This document shows, one piece after another, positions 1 to 9,043 of a DNA stretch of 64,000 bases. The notes beneath the pieces are model-generated. The model did no database searches, had not been told where the DNA came from, and saw nothing but the letters and a program-made list of their open reading frames with translations. The stretch comes from Clostridiales bacterium (GTDB lineage Bacteria; Bacillota; Clostridia; Oscillospirales; Oscillospiraceae), in contig JAHAEW010000004.1 of NCBI GenBank assembly GCA_018374635.1, positions 11,007 through 75,006 of the forward strand. Direction: 5' to 3'. A program made the translations under genes and the position numbers. Numbering within the stretch: the first letter of the stretch is position 1; every line of letters starts with the position of its first letter.

Positions 1-556
1 TCATGGGATCGGCCAGGGCACGTCCGGTGCGGGTGGCCGGGATGGTCTTGGGTCCCATGCCGGCGGGGTCCTGGATGAGCCCATTGTTGAGCTGGTAGAT
101 CAGCTCATAGGCCGCCCGGGCGCGCTCCAGGCAGGCGGCGTCGCCGGTGACGCCGTAATACTCGGCGTTGGCAATGGCGTAGAAGCCCTCGGAGAAGCAG
201 TAGCGGCGCTGGCGCAGGGGCTTGCCCTCGGCGGTGACGGTGAAGTACATCCGGTTGCCGGCCTCCCGGTTGATGCAGTGGGCCTCCATAAAATCCAGAC
301 AGCTCTTGCTGGCCTGGAGCCACTCCTCCTTCACCCCGTACTGGCGGCACAGGTAGGCGAACATCCAGGCACAGCGCCCCTGCATCCAGACGCTCTTATC
401 GGTGGAATAGATCTCGCCCTTGCGGTCCAGACAGGTGTACACGCCGCCGTTGACGTGGTCCATGCCGTTTTTCAGCCAGAAGTTGACGCAGATGTCCAGT
501 TCCTCCTTGATCCACTTCTGATGGGCCTCAAGGCGCTCTCTCATAGCAGTATCCAT
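1..556 (-). CDS. N-acyl-D-glucosamine 2-epimerase (AGE) family protein, 5' part only (C-terminus lies beyond window start)
   Basis: My own translation of the minus strand from the ATG at 554-556 gives MDTAMRERLEAHQKWIKEELDICVNFWLKNGMDHVNGGVYTCLDRKGEIYSTDKSVWMQGRCAWMF..., a typical AGE / cellobiose 2-epimerase N-terminus. RBS AGGAAGG sits upstream. The ORF runs off the window so it is absent from the six-frame track. Confidence 0.65.
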   Translation of the reverse strand, partial: MDTAMRERLEAHQKWIKEELDICVNFWLKNGMDHVNGGVYTCLDRKGEIYSTDKSVWMQGRCAWMFAYLCRQYGVKEEWLQASKSCLDFMEAHCINREAGNRMYFTVTAEGKPLRQRRYCFSEGFYAIANAEYYGVTGDAACLERARAAYELIYQLNNGLIQDPAGMGPKTIPATRTGRALADPM

Positions 557-807
557 AACTTCGTTCCGCCTTCCTTTTGATACAAATTGCATAATGGACG
601 GGGGCTTGAAACAGGCTTCCCTTTCCTTATCGGCTATATCATACCGTTGAAAGTAACTTTCAGTCAATAGCTTCTTTGAAACTTTTTTCGATTTTTCCCG
701 GAAATCCCTTGACAGATTGAAAAAAACTGATAGCCTATAAGTGGATAAATTTGATGGGCGGCACAAAAAAATGTCCCCAAATGATACATTCAAGGAGGAG
801 GATACCG

Positions 808-2181
808 ATGAAACACCTCGGCATTGACGTTTCCGTTCGTAATCTCCCTGAGCTGGACCCCAACTACATTCCGCTCTTCCCCTTTTATGAGTCCTTTCTG
901 AAGGGCGCCTCCAAGCCCCTGGACATCGCGGTGGAGCGCTCTGCCGGTCAGGTGGCCGTCTATAAGACCTTCATTCACGGTACTCCCGAGATGGCTGAGG
1001 CTGACCTCTACTATGTGGACCGCATCATTAAGACCCTGCTGTGGCTCAAGGGCGGCTTCAAGGTCTATATCGCCGGCGACAAGGCCATCTATGAGGCCAT
1101 CCACAAGACCTACTCCAAGGAGGGCGCCCGCGCCTTTGATGAGAATTTCATGGCCGGCGTCTATGAGCATCCCTTCGAGGTGGTCTACTGCGACGCCGTT
1201 CCCGCTGAGGTGAGCAAGTCCGAGGCCATCGGCCGCCACATGAACGGCTGCCGCATCGGTTTTGACGCCGGCGGAAGCGACCGAAAGGTCTCTGCCGTCA
1301 TCGACGGCGAGCCCGTGTTCTCTGAAGAAGTGGTGTGGTTCCCCAAGACCAACTCCGACCCCGACTACCACTACCAGGGCATTGTGGACGCCATGAAGTC
1401 TGCCGCCGCCCATATGCCCCGGGTAGACGCCATCGGCGTGTCCTCCGCCGGCATCTACATCGGCAACCGCACCATGGTGGCCTCTCTGTTCCTGAAGGTC
1501 GGCAAAGAAGACTTTGACGCCAAGGTGAAGGACATCTACATCCGCGCCGCCAAGGAGTTTGGCGATGTGCCCATTGTGGTGGCCAACGACGGCGACGTGT
1601 CCGCCCTGGCCGGCGCCATGAGCCTGGAGGAGAACAACGTCCTGGGCATTGCCATGGGCACCAGCGAGGCCGTTGGCTTCGTGGATGACAAGGGCAACAT
1701 CACCGGCTGGCTCAACGAGCTGGCTTTCGTCCCCGTGGACGCCGCCCCCACCGCCATGGTGGACGAGTGGTCCGGCGACATCGGCTGCGGCGTGAAGTAC
1801 TTCTCCCAGGATTCCGTCATCAAGCTGGCCCCCGCCGCCGGCATCGAGCTGGACGAATCCCTCTCCCCCGCCGAGAAGCTCAAGGTGGTGCAGGGCCTCA
1901 TGGAGAAGGACGACGACCGCGCCGCCGCCATCTACCGCTCCATCGGCGTGTATCTGGGCCATGCCCTGCGCCTGTACTATCACTTCTACGGATTCAAGCA
2001 CATCCTGCTGCTGGGCCGGGTGATGTCCGGCAAGGGCGGCGACATCGTACTGGCCGAGGCCAAGCGTGTACTGGCCGAGGAGTATGCCGACATCGCTTCC
2101 AAGATCAATCCCACCCTGCCCGACGAGAAGGCCCGCCGGGTAGGCCAGTCTGTGGCCGCCGCCTCCCTGCCCGAGTTTTGA
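808..2181 (+). CDS. ASKHA/ROK-like sugar kinase domain protein with about 150-aa N-terminal extension
   Basis: Within ORF 751..2181, RBS AAGGAGGAGGA precedes the ATG at 808 (MKHLGIDVS). The C-terminal half has a glucokinase/ROK-like fold (GCRIGFDAGGSDRKV, VVANDGDVSALAG, LGIAMGTSEAVGFV). The N-terminal 150 aa is not a recognisable ROK sequence. Confidence 0.5.
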   Translation: MKHLGIDVSVRNLPELDPNYIPLFPFYESFLKGASKPLDIAVERSAGQVAVYKTFIHGTPEMAEADLYYVDRIIKTLLWLKGGFKVYIAGDKAIYEAIHKTYSKEGARAFDENFMAGVYEHPFEVVYCDAVPAEVSKSEAIGRHMNGCRIGFDAGGSDRKVSAVIDGEPVFSEEVVWFPKTNSDPDYHYQGIVDAMKSAAAHMPRVDAIGVSSAGIYIGNRTMVASLFLKVGKEDFDAKVKDIYIRAAKEFGDVPIVVANDGDVSALAGAMSLEENNVLGIAMGTSEAVGFVDDKGNITGWLNELAFVPVDAAPTAMVDEWSGDIGCGVKYFSQDSVIKLAPAAGIELDESLSPAEKLKVVQGLMEKDDDRAAAIYRSIGVYLGHALRLYYHFYGFKHILLLGRVMSGKGGDIVLAEAKRVLAEEYADIASKINPTLPDEKARRVGQSVAAASLPEF

Positions 2182-2202
2182 TCCGGCCACGCCATAACAA
2201 GC

Positions 2203-2242
2203 AAAAACATCCGGCTCTCCCTGTGGAGAGCCGGATGTTTTT
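2203..2242. terminator. Bidirectional intrinsic terminator shared by convergent kinase (+) and DUF624 (-) genes
   Basis: Perfect hairpin aaaaacatccggctctcc-ctgt-ggagagccggatgttttt with U-tracts on both strands. Confidence 0.7.
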
Positions 2243-2257
2243 GTATGCCCAAACGGG

Positions 2258-2971
2258 TCAGCGCAGATACCAGGGCCGCTCCTCCGGATCATCCGGCAGC
2301 CCCTCCTCCGGGATGGTATAGGGGCGGAAGATCCGCTCCAGCAGCAGGGAGGCCGCCAGTCCGGTCAGCGCGGGGACCAGGAGCAGGGGCGCCAGATAGC
2401 GTGCCGACACCAGCCCTGCCGCCAGCAGCAGCACCCCCAGCACCAGGGTGGACGGGAGATGTCCCAGCGCCAGCCGGAGAGACAGGCTTAGAGCCCCCCA
2501 CCCCCCCTGGCTGAACCGGGAGATCACCGGGAATACATAGCCCAGCACCCCCAGCAGTACCAGAGTCACCAGCCCATAGACCAGCAGCAGGGACATGGCC
2601 GGCCGGCTGCCTGCCAGGGCCATCTGGTAGACCACATACAGCCCCCCCAGCACAAACTGTCCCAACACCAGACACACCAGCCCGCTCAGAAAGCTCACCT
2701 TGAAATTGCTCTTCAGGCACTCCAGAAAGTTCCGGAAGGGATGGGGCTCCCCCTTCCGGATGCACTTGACCAGCGTATAGTAAAGGGCCGTGGTGGCCGG
2801 GCCGGCCGTGACCACGGGAATGCACAGCGCCACCCAGAGCAGGCTCAGGGCCGCCAGATTGAAAATCAGGTCAATGGTCTGAAAAAAACCGTTTTGGGGA
2901 TCAAAGATACTGCGCCACACACCGATGTCCTCCTTGTGGTCCTCCGGGCATCCGTCCAGGGCCCGGTCCAT
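2258..2971 (-). CDS. DUF624 (YesL-like) integral membrane protein
   Basis: 237 aa, multi-TM. N-terminal FQTIDLIFNLAALSLLWVALCIPVVTAGPATTALYYTLVKCIR matches the DUF624 signature. It is usually found with sugar-uptake loci. Confidence 0.6.
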   Translation of the reverse strand: MDRALDGCPEDHKEDIGVWRSIFDPQNGFFQTIDLIFNLAALSLLWVALCIPVVTAGPATTALYYTLVKCIRKGEPHPFRNFLECLKSNFKVSFLSGLVCLVLGQFVLGGLYVVYQMALAGSRPAMSLLLVYGLVTLVLLGVLGYVFPVISRFSQGGWGALSLSLRLALGHLPSTLVLGVLLLAAGLVSARYLAPLLLVPALTGLAASLLLERIFRPYTIPEEGLPDDPEERPWYLR

Positions 2972-3264
2972 CTGATGGAATGTATTCTATCCTATTTCCC
3001 GGAAAACGTCAAATGCCGCGGGATGACCCGCGGCATTTTCCTCGCCTTTTCCTCACGCCCGCCTGCGGCGGCGCGTCTCCCCTCAGGAGATAAAGTCATT
3101 ATATGTCTTTTCTGTTCCCTGTCAACCCATTTTCCGCCCTATTTCTTCCATCTCTATTGTATTTTTCGATAAAGCCCCCTCCCTTCTTCCCTTTTTGCCC
3201 GGTTTCGACTAAGATAATGTCTGCCGCATCGGCAACAAATCATGGACAGGAGCTGGACAGGCGG

Positions 3265-3861
3265 ATGGATATGGAACAGAGAGATACATTGGGTGTGGTC
3301 ATGGGCCGCTTCCAGGGGCTGCACCTGGGGCATATGGAATACCTGCTGGCAGGGGCGGAGCGCTGTGAACATCTTCTGGTGGGCGTGACTCACTTCGACC
3401 CCTGGGAACACGCGCCGGAGCTGCTCCGGGATCTGAGCCGCATGGACGCCGCGGCCAATCCCTTCACCTACTATGAACGCCTGTCCATGCTCCGGGACGC
3501 ACTCACCGAGGCCGGCCTTCCCCGGGAGCGCTTTGATCTTGTCCCCTTCCCCATTGAGCACCCGGAGCGCATCCCCGAGTTCATTCCCCGGGAGGCTGTG
3601 TGCTATGTGACCATCTACGACCAGTGGGGATACCACAAGCGTCAGGTCCTGACCGATCTTGGCTTTCCGACCCGGGTCCTCTGGGTGCGGGATGACAGCC
3701 AGCGCCTCACCAGCGGAACGGAGGTCCGCCGGCGGATCGCGGAGGGAAAGCCCTGGTCCCACCTGGTCCCGCCCGCGGTATCCCGGTATCTGCTGGAACA
3801 CGGCCTGGTCCAGCGTCTGGCTGCCGGTATCCGGCCGGAGGACTCAGACACCTCCAGGTAG
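3265..3861 (+). CDS. Cytidylyltransferase-like nucleotidyltransferase (HxGH family, NMN/NaMN adenylyltransferase-like)
   Basis: GVVMGRFQGLHLGHMEYLL carries the (T/H)xGH nucleotidyltransferase motif. AGGAG lies 10 nt before the ATG at 3265, but alternative ATGs at 3217 and 3241 exist, so the start is uncertain. Confidence 0.5.
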   Translation: MDMEQRDTLGVVMGRFQGLHLGHMEYLLAGAERCEHLLVGVTHFDPWEHAPELLRDLSRMDAAANPFTYYERLSMLRDALTEAGLPRERFDLVPFPIEHPERIPEFIPREAVCYVTIYDQWGYHKRQVLTDLGFPTRVLWVRDDSQRLTSGTEVRRRIAEGKPWSHLVPPAVSRYLLEHGLVQRLAAGIRPEDSDTSR

Positions 3862-3863
3862 AA

Positions 3864-3907
3864 GGAGACGCCGCAGAACGCTTTGTTCCGCGGCGTCTCC
3901 TGTTTTA
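3864..3907. terminator. Bidirectional intrinsic terminator between convergent nucleotidyltransferase (+) and hemL (-)
   Basis: ggagacgccgc-agaacgctttgttc-cgcggcgtctcc followed by tgtttta. Confidence 0.65.
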
Positions 3908-3911
3908 TCAA

Positions 3912-5204
3912 TTACAGCGCGGCAAATACCTCGTCCGCCGCAACGCGGGTCTGCTCCAGCAGCTCCCCGGTATGGGCCGCCGAGAGGAACATGGCTTCAA
4001 ACTGGGCTGGGGCCAGATAGACGCCCCGCTCCAGCATCCCGGCAAAATACCGGGCGTACATCCCCACGTCGCTCCCCTTGGCGTCCACAAAGGTACTCAC
4101 GCTGCTGGGCGTGAAGAAGGGAGAGAGCAGGCTGCCGATCTGGTTGATGGAGACCCCCACCCCGTGTTTTTCCGCCAGTGCCCGGAACTCCCGGGCCAGC
4201 CAGAGGGCTTTTTCCTCGATCATGGAATAGATCTCCGGATGGCTCTTCAGCCAGCTCAGCTGGGCCAGTCCCGCGGCCATGGCCACCGGGTTGCCGCTGA
4301 GGGTGCCCGCCTGATAGACCGGGCCGCAGGGGGCCACCTCCTCCATCAGTTCCCGCCGGGCGCAGTAGGCCCCCACCGGCATGCCGCCGCCGATGATCTT
4401 TCCAAAGGTCACGATGTCGGCCCGCACGCCGAAATAGGCCTGGGCTCCGCCCAGCGCCAGCCGGAAGCCGGTGATGACCTCGTCGAAGACCAGCAGGGCC
4501 CCATATTTGTCGCACAGGGTCCGCAGACCGCTCAGGAAGCCGGGCGCGGGGTTCACCACGCCCATGTTGGCCGCCACAGGCTCCACAATGACGCAGGCCA
4601 CCTCGTTCCGGTTGGCCTCCAGCAGACGCTCCACGCTGTCCAGGTCGTTGAACTGGGCCGTCAGGGTGTGGCGCACCACGTCCTGGGGCACACCTGCCGA
4701 GGTGGGATGCCCTCCCGCCAGCGCGGAGGACCCCGCCCCCACCAGCAGGCAGTCGCTGTGCCCGTGGTAGCAGCCCTCAAACTTGATGATCTTATCCCGT
4801 CCGGTGGCTCCCCGGGCCAGGCGGATGGCTGACATGACGGCCTCTGTTCCCGAGTTGACCATGCGCACCATCTCGATGTTGGGGACCAGCTCCACCATGA
4901 GCTGGGCGATCTCCACTTCCCGCCCGGTGGGCGCGCCGAAGCTCAGTCCGTCCTTGACGGCCCGCTCCACCGCCTCCCGGATGACCGGGTGGTTGTGGCC
5001 CAGAATCATGGGCCCCCAGGAGCAGACATAGTCGATATAGCCGCGCCCCTCCACGTCATAGATATATGGGCCATTGGCACGGGCAATGAAGCGGGGCGCC
5101 ATGTCCACCGCGCGGAAGGCCCGCACCGGAGAGTTGACGCCGCCGGGGAGCACCTTGAGGGCCTCCGCAAAGAGCTCCTGAGAGGTTGTGCGCCGGTTCA
5201 TCAT
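3912..5204 (-). CDS. hemL: Glutamate-1-semialdehyde 2,1-aminomutase
   Basis: MMNRRTTSQELFAEALKVLPGGVNSPVRAFRAV...GHNHPVIREAV is the classic HemL sequence, about 430 aa. The start is placed at the MM inside the longer track ORF. Confidence 0.9.
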   Translation of the reverse strand: MMNRRTTSQELFAEALKVLPGGVNSPVRAFRAVDMAPRFIARANGPYIYDVEGRGYIDYVCSWGPMILGHNHPVIREAVERAVKDGLSFGAPTGREVEIAQLMVELVPNIEMVRMVNSGTEAVMSAIRLARGATGRDKIIKFEGCYHGHSDCLLVGAGSSALAGGHPTSAGVPQDVVRHTLTAQFNDLDSVERLLEANRNEVACVIVEPVAANMGVVNPAPGFLSGLRTLCDKYGALLVFDEVITGFRLALGGAQAYFGVRADIVTFGKIIGGGMPVGAYCARRELMEEVAPCGPVYQAGTLSGNPVAMAAGLAQLSWLKSHPEIYSMIEEKALWLAREFRALAEKHGVGVSINQIGSLLSPFFTPSSVSTFVDAKGSDVGMYARYFAGMLERGVYLAPAQFEAMFLSAAHTGELLEQTRVAADEVFAAL

Positions 5205-6184
5205 CCGATCTCCCCCTTCCGCATGGCGTCGGCCAGTTCTTTGGCGTAGTAGGTGATGAGCATATCGGCCCCTGCCCGGAAGATGGACACGGCGCTCTCG
5301 CACATGACCCGGTGCTCGTCGATGAGGCCCTCCCGGGCCGCCGCTTTGATCATGGCGTACTCCCCCGACACCTGGTAGGCGCACAGGGGCAGGCGGAAGG
5401 CGTCGGCGCACTCCCGGATCACGTCCAGGTAGGGGAGCGCGGGCTTGACCATCAGCAGGTCGGCCCCCTCCTCCACATCCAGCGCACACTCCTTGAGGGC
5501 CTCTTTCCGGTTATGGGGGTCCATCTGGTAGCCCTTCCGGTCCCCAAAGGAGGGAGCCGAGCCGGCCGCCGCCCGAAAGGGACCGTAAAAGGCCGAGGCA
5601 TACTTGGCCGAGTAGGACAGGATGGGTACATTCTGAAACCCGTGCTCGTCCAGTCTGGCCCGGATGGCCGTCACACGGCCGTCCATCATGTCGGAGGGGG
5701 CCACCATATCGGCGCCCGCCCGGGCGTGGGAGAGCGCCGTCCTGGCCAGCAGCTCCAGCGTGGCGTCGTTGTCCACGCTGTGGCCGCACAGAGTCCCGCA
5801 GTGGCCGTGGTCGGTGTACTCGCACATGCACACGTCGGTGATGACATAGAAGTCGGGATAGGACCGCTTGATGAGGCGCACCGCCTCCTGCACCACGCCG
5901 TGCTCATCCCAGGCGGAGGAGCCCGTGGCGTCCTTGTGCTCCGGCAGGCCAAAGAGGATGCACCGGCCCACTCCGTGGGCCAGACAGTCCTCCACCGCCC
6001 GTCCCACGCTGTCCAGCCCGTAGTGGAGCTGTCCCTCCAGCGAGGGGATGGGGCGCGTGCCCGTCAGGGTCTCGTCCACAAAGATAGGATAGATCAGGCT
6101 GTCGGGCGAGAGACGGGTCTCCCGGCACAGCCTCCGGATGCTCTCATTGCCCCGCAGGCGGCGGGGCCGAATGCTCAGGTCCAT
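5201..6184 (-). CDS. hemB: Porphobilinogen synthase (delta-aminolevulinate dehydratase)
   Basis: 327 aa. Contains MDLSIRPRRLRGN...VITDVCMCEYTDHGHCG...SGEYAMIKAA, the HemB active-site region. Its stop overlaps the hemL start. Confidence 0.9.
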   Translation of the reverse strand: MDLSIRPRRLRGNESIRRLCRETRLSPDSLIYPIFVDETLTGTRPIPSLEGQLHYGLDSVGRAVEDCLAHGVGRCILFGLPEHKDATGSSAWDEHGVVQEAVRLIKRSYPDFYVITDVCMCEYTDHGHCGTLCGHSVDNDATLELLARTALSHARAGADMVAPSDMMDGRVTAIRARLDEHGFQNVPILSYSAKYASAFYGPFRAAAGSAPSFGDRKGYQMDPHNRKEALKECALDVEEGADLLMVKPALPYLDVIRECADAFRLPLCAYQVSGEYAMIKAAAREGLIDEHRVMCESAVSIFRAGADMLITYYAKELADAMRKGEIG

Positions 6185-6223
6185 GGAAATGGCCTCCTTG
6201 TTTTTCTTGCTTGTCAGACGGAC

Positions 6224-7724
6224 TCAGCCTTGGGAGAGGGCGCACTCCACCGCACACGCGGTCAGGGCCTCCAGGGTGGCCGAGCGGGCTACCTGGACTG
6301 GGATACCGCTGCGCCGGGCCTCGGCGGCGGTCTGCTCCCCGATGCACACGCCGGTGATGCGGGAGAGGTCGGCCCCCGCCCCCACTGTGGCGAGAAATCC
6401 CTTTACCGTGGAGGCCGAAGTAAAGGTCACCAGATCCACCCGGCCCTCCTCCACCGCCTCCCGCAGAGCCTGGCTCCGGGGATTGCGGCAGCAGGTCTCA
6501 TAGATAGCCACGTCGTTATATTCCAGTTTAGCGCGTTCCAGCGCCTGCGTCAAGGCGGGGGACCCATCCCGGGCGCGCAGAAGGAGGACCCTTCCCCTGG
6601 CCCGGGCGGCCAGCGCCTCCCCCAGATGGGCCGCGTCGTATACCTCCGGGACCAGGTCAGCCCGCAGTCCGTGTCCGGCCAGAGCACGGGCCGTCCCCGG
6701 CCCGATGGCGGCCAAACGCACCCCGGCCAGCGCTCTGGCGTCCAGGCCCAGCCGCTCCAGGGCCGCCCAGAGAAACCCCGCCCCCGCCGGACTGGTGAGG
6801 GCCAGCCACTCATACCGCTCCAGCTGTCCCAGCGCCTCCTCCATCTCGGGACAGGGCGAAAGGGGGATGGTCTCGATGCAGGGGCACTCCCAAACCCGGG
6901 CCCCCAGCGCGCGCAGCCGCCCGGTCAGCGTTCCCGCGCGCTCCCGGGGCCGGGTGACCACCACCTGCCTGCCCCGCAGGGGGAGATGGCCGAACCAGTC
7001 AAATTCCTCCGCCAGGGCGCACACGCCCCCTACCACGATGACGGCAGGGCTGCGCACCTCTGCCGCGGCCACCCGGGCGGGCAGCTCTTTCAGGGTGGCG
7101 GAGAGGCGCCGCTGGTCGGGGGTCGTCCCCCGCTCCACCACGGCGGCCGGGGTGGAGCCGTCCATTCCGGCCGCCAGGAGTCCGGCGCAGATGTCCGGAA
7201 GGGCCGACACGCCCATCAGAAAGACCAGGGTGCCCTTCGTGCGGCACAGGGCCTCAAAGTCGATCTCCAGCTTCTCCCCCGCCCGGCGGTGGCCGGTGAT
7301 GATGTGGAGGGAGGAGCAGAAATCCCGGTGGGTCACCGGGATACCCGCGTAGGCCGGGGCCGCAATGGCCGAGGTGATGCCGGGCACCTCCTCAAAGGGG
7401 ACGCCGTTCCGGGCCAGGAGCTCCAGCTCCTCCCCGCCCCGTCCGAAGAGGAAGGGGTCGCCTCCCTTGAGACGGACCACCACCTGGTTCCCGCTCCCCT
7501 CCTCCAGGAGGATGCGGTTGATCTCCTCCTGGGGCACGGGGTGGCATCCGGCGTTCTTGCCCACGTCGATGCGCCGGGCCCCCGCCGGGATGAGATCCAG
7601 AATGGCGGGGCTCACCAGGCGGTCATAGACCACTACGTCGGCCTGTTCCAAAGCTTCCCGCCCCTTGACGGTGAGCAGACCCGGATCTCCGGGGCCGGCT
7701 CCGACCAGAATCACCTTACCCATG
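6224..7724 (-). CDS. cobA/hemD: Uroporphyrinogen-III C-methyltransferase / uroporphyrinogen-III synthase fusion
   Basis: N-terminal MGKVILVGAGPGDPGLLTVKG...VVRLKGGDPFLFGRGGEE is a SUMT-type methyltransferase. The C-terminal 250 aa has the HemD fold (VVVTRPRERAG...). The start is at the internal MGKV, not the upstream track start. Confidence 0.85.
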
Positions 7725-8591
7725 GCGTTTCTCCTCCTTGCTCCGCGTGCCCAGGCGGCTGCCCAGGTTCTCGGCCTCCCGGCGGCTCCCCCGGATGGTG
7801 TGCCGCCGGCCGGTCTCATCCATGCCGGTGAGGAGGAGCTCCTCCCCCTCGATCACGGCGTAAGCCGCCACCGGGGAGGAACATCCTCCGTCCAGCTCCC
7901 GCACAAAGGCCCGCTCGGCCAGGGCGCAGTCCCGGGCGTCCGGGTCGTTGAGTCCCTCCAGCCACGCCGGGGCGTCCCGCCGGGTCTGGACGGCCAGGAT
8001 GCCCTGCCCGGCGGCGGGGAGCATCTCCTCAGGCGAGAAATACCGGGCGATGCGCCCCTCCAGCCCCAGGCGGCGCAGCCCCGCGGCCGCCAGGACCAGA
8101 GCGCCGTATTCCCCGCTGTCCAGCTTGCGCAACCGGGTCTGAACATTGCCCCGGACCGGCCGGACCTCCGTTCCCGGGAAGAGGCCCGCCAGCTGGATCG
8201 CCCGCCGCCGGCTGGCGCAGCCGATGGGCTTTGCCGGGTCCAGCTCCGCCGCGCCCTCGGGCAGCACCAGCACATCCCGTGGGTCGGCCCGGCGGGGAAA
8301 GGCCACCACCGGCAGATCCGGATGGGTCTCCATGGGCAGGTCCTTGAGACTGTGGACGGTAATATCCACCCGCCCTTCCAGCAGGGCCGCGTCCAGCTCC
8401 CGGACGAAGAGCCCCTTTCCCCCCACCTGGTCCAGCGTCCGGTCCAGGATCTTGTCCCCGGTGGTCTTCATGGTCACCAGCTCCAGCTCCACACCGGGAC
8501 AGAGGGCGCGCATGGCCTCCATTACCAGTTCGGACTGCCGGACCGCCAGCAGGCTCTCCCGGCTTCCGATACGGATCACGCTCATTTCCAC
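7716..8591 (-). CDS. hemC: Hydroxymethylbilane synthase (porphobilinogen deaminase)
   Basis: IRIGSRESLLAVRQSELV...KTTGDKILD...QGILAVQTR, 291 aa. Confidence 0.9.
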   Translation of the reverse strand: MEMSVIRIGSRESLLAVRQSELVMEAMRALCPGVELELVTMKTTGDKILDRTLDQVGGKGLFVRELDAALLEGRVDITVHSLKDLPMETHPDLPVVAFPRRADPRDVLVLPEGAAELDPAKPIGCASRRRAIQLAGLFPGTEVRPVRGNVQTRLRKLDSGEYGALVLAAAGLRRLGLEGRIARYFSPEEMLPAAGQGILAVQTRRDAPAWLEGLNDPDARDCALAERAFVRELDGGCSSPVAAYAVIEGEELLLTGMDETGRRHTIRGSRREAENLGSRLGTRSKEEKRHG

Positions 8592-9031
8592 TCCTCCAAT
8601 GTCCGGCGCACCGCCCGGGCCGCTCCGGCCACGGCCCGGTGGTCTCCGTTGCGGGAGACCATGCCGGCGATCAGTTCTCCGCCCTCACAGATGGCGGGAA
8701 AGAAAAAGGTACACTCCCCAGGCGCGTCGGCCACGCTGACGGGGATGCCCAGGCTCCGGGCCTCCTCCCCCGCCGCGGCGTTCACCTGGCGGTCGTCGGT
8801 GGCGGCCACCGCCAGGTCCGCCCCGGTCAGATCCCCCGGGGCATAGGGGCGCAGCACATACTCCGCGCCCGCCAGCCGCTCCTTCACCCGGGGGGCCACC
8901 ACCCGCACCCGGGCCCCAAAGCGCAGCAGCGCGCCGGTGCGCCGGGCGGCTACCGTTCCGCCGCCCACCACCACGGCCAGCTTGCCCTGCAAGTCCACAA
9001 AGAGGGGAAACAGCATTCGGTTTGCTTCCAT
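8582..9031 (-). CDS. sirC: Precorrin-2 dehydrogenase / sirohydrochlorin ferrochelatase-type (siroheme synthase N-domain homolog)
   Basis: 149 aa. LAVVVGGGTVAARRTGALLRFGARVRVVAP is a Rossmann motif of the CysG-N/SirC type. Confidence 0.7.
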   Translation of the reverse strand: MEANRMLFPLFVDLQGKLAVVVGGGTVAARRTGALLRFGARVRVVAPRVKERLAGAEYVLRPYAPGDLTGADLAVAATDDRQVNAAAGEEARSLGIPVSVADAPGECTFFFPAICEGGELIAGMVSRNGDHRAVAGAARAVRRTLEEWK

Positions 9032-9043
9032 GGCCCCTCCTCT

